A stretch of 64,000 bases of DNA from positions 684,769 through 748,768 of the forward strand of contig OZ244779.1 in the NCBI GenBank assembly GCA_965219575.1, given 5' to 3'. This stretch comes from Candidatus Oxydemutatoraceae bacterium (lineage in GTDB: Bacteria > Pseudomonadota > Gammaproteobacteria > Poriferisulfidales > Oxydemutatoraceae). The notes below the pieces were generated by a model, which was given only the letters and a program-made list of their open reading frames with translations, was not told where the DNA came from and ran no database searches. The position numbers and the translations under genes are program-made. Positions 62,999 to 64,000 of this stretch are shown here, piece after piece. The stretch's first letter is position 1; each line of letters opens with the position of its first letter.

Positions 62999-63853
62999 AT
63001 GAAATTTTCCGTTATTATCCCGGTACGAAATAACCGTTCCGAGTTGATCGGCTTGCTACAGACGATTGAACGGCAAAGTTATGCAGAGCCTTTTGAAACA
63101 CTTATCGTCGATCAGTCGGATAACAAAGAAGCACCTATAGAGGTATCGCGTGGCCCTTGCCGATGGTTGCGTATGGAAGGTGCCGGCGCTTCCCGTTCGC
63201 GTAATTTGGCGATTAAACATGCAACCGGAGATTATTTGGTCTGGGTCGATGCTAATGCTCGTTTTAAGAAGCATACGCTGCATCGGCTAGATGGGATTAC
63301 CGAGGATAATCCGGATTGCGATGTGATTTGTGGCATTTGCCTTAATATAGAGGACGGCAAGCCTTATTCGCGTTATTCCGGCCCTGAACCCGAAGGTGTA
63401 AATTTTAGAAATTACGATTGCTGTTTGGCATCTGCAATGGCAATCAAGCGGACTGTCTTATCCGAGGTTGGTTTGTTGGATGAGCATTTGGGTACCGGGA
63501 CGCGTTATGGTAGTAGCGAAGAAACCGATTTAGTTTTGCGTATACTTGAACACGGTGGCAGGTTGCTCTATCAGCCACGCTACGAGGTGTTGCATCCGAG
63601 TCTCAAGCCGGAAGGAATGTCGCTGCATGCTTGGATACGCAAGCATTATCTTTACGGTATGGGACGCGGCGCAATGTTGCGAAAGTATCTACGCATTAAA
63701 CCGGCGTGGGCACTTAAAAACTTGGTACTCGCATTATCGAAGCCGGTAGCAGGAATTTTGATAGAAGTTCTACGACTGCAAGGACGACAGGCACTGCGTT
63801 ATACCGTATCGATTATCGGCAGGCTTCATGGTTTTGCATCTTATAAGCCGTAA
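62999..63853 (+). CDS. Glycosyltransferase family 2
   Basis: FSVIIPVRN, IVDQS, SRNLAI, GSSEETDL. Confidence 0.88.
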   Translation: MKFSVIIPVRNNRSELIGLLQTIERQSYAEPFETLIVDQSDNKEAPIEVSRGPCRWLRMEGAGASRSRNLAIKHATGDYLVWVDANARFKKHTLHRLDGITEDNPDCDVICGICLNIEDGKPYSRYSGPEPEGVNFRNYDCCLASAMAIKRTVLSEVGLLDEHLGTGTRYGSSEETDLVLRILEHGGRLLYQPRYEVLHPSLKPEGMSLHAWIRKHYLYGMGRGAMLRKYLRIKPAWALKNLVLALSKPVAGILIEVLRLQGRQALRYTVSIIGRLHGFASYKP

Positions 63854-63873
63854 GTACCGAACCCGGTATGTTA

Positions 63874-63930
63874 AGGTTCTGCACAAGGTCACGCCGATTG
63901 ACCTACCGGCTCAATCGGCGGTTCTATTGC
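63874..63930. repeat. Family C hairpin repeat
   Basis: AGGTTCTGCACAAGGTCACGCCGATTGACCTACCGGCTCAATCGGCGGTTCTATTG. Confidence 0.78.
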
Positions 63931-64000
63931 CGAGTTTTAGGTGAAGTTCTTTTAATTGAGTCTCGCCAACCGAAGTGGGCGCATCGGTCAACGGACACGA

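Overview
A 64 kb chromosomal window from a gammaproteobacterium-like genome. The housekeeping backbone is rlmN-ndk-iscX; katG; rsmD and an M16 peptidase pair; ftsYE; dyp; metY; hmuUV; tRNA-Lys; bioHC; plsY; clpB-pgeF-rluD/bamD; nadE; pilA-pilC-pilD-coaE-zapD; queCE-cpoB-tolBARQ; ruvBAC-yebC-nudB. Four things stand out. (1) A 13 kb type I restriction-modification locus (1803-14769) carries defence cargo: a HEPN gene whose MNT partner is fused in frame to HsdS, a SIR2-like/DUF4917-type gene, and a three-gene ABC-3C/Lamassu-like cassette bounded by a 48 bp duplication of the hsdR start and an hsdS 3' scar. hsdR itself is split by an IS1202-group element with a 15 bp target duplication. (2) An intact, diverged in-frame RuvB(ATPase)::RuvA(HhH + domain III) chimeric gene lies between intact ruvA and ruvB. 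(3) At least three families of short palindromic elements (a TIR-bounded MITE carrying GTAG-REP hairpins, a double hairpin, and a CCGATTGA hairpin) are nested in one another and have been recruited into gene 3' ends. (4) There is a small rimK/deacylase/mscS islet next to tRNA-Lys, several AT-rich glycan-modifying orphans, and conserved operons lacking their usual members (ftsX, pal, pilB, hmuT). All family calls come from motif recognition by eye; no database searches were run.
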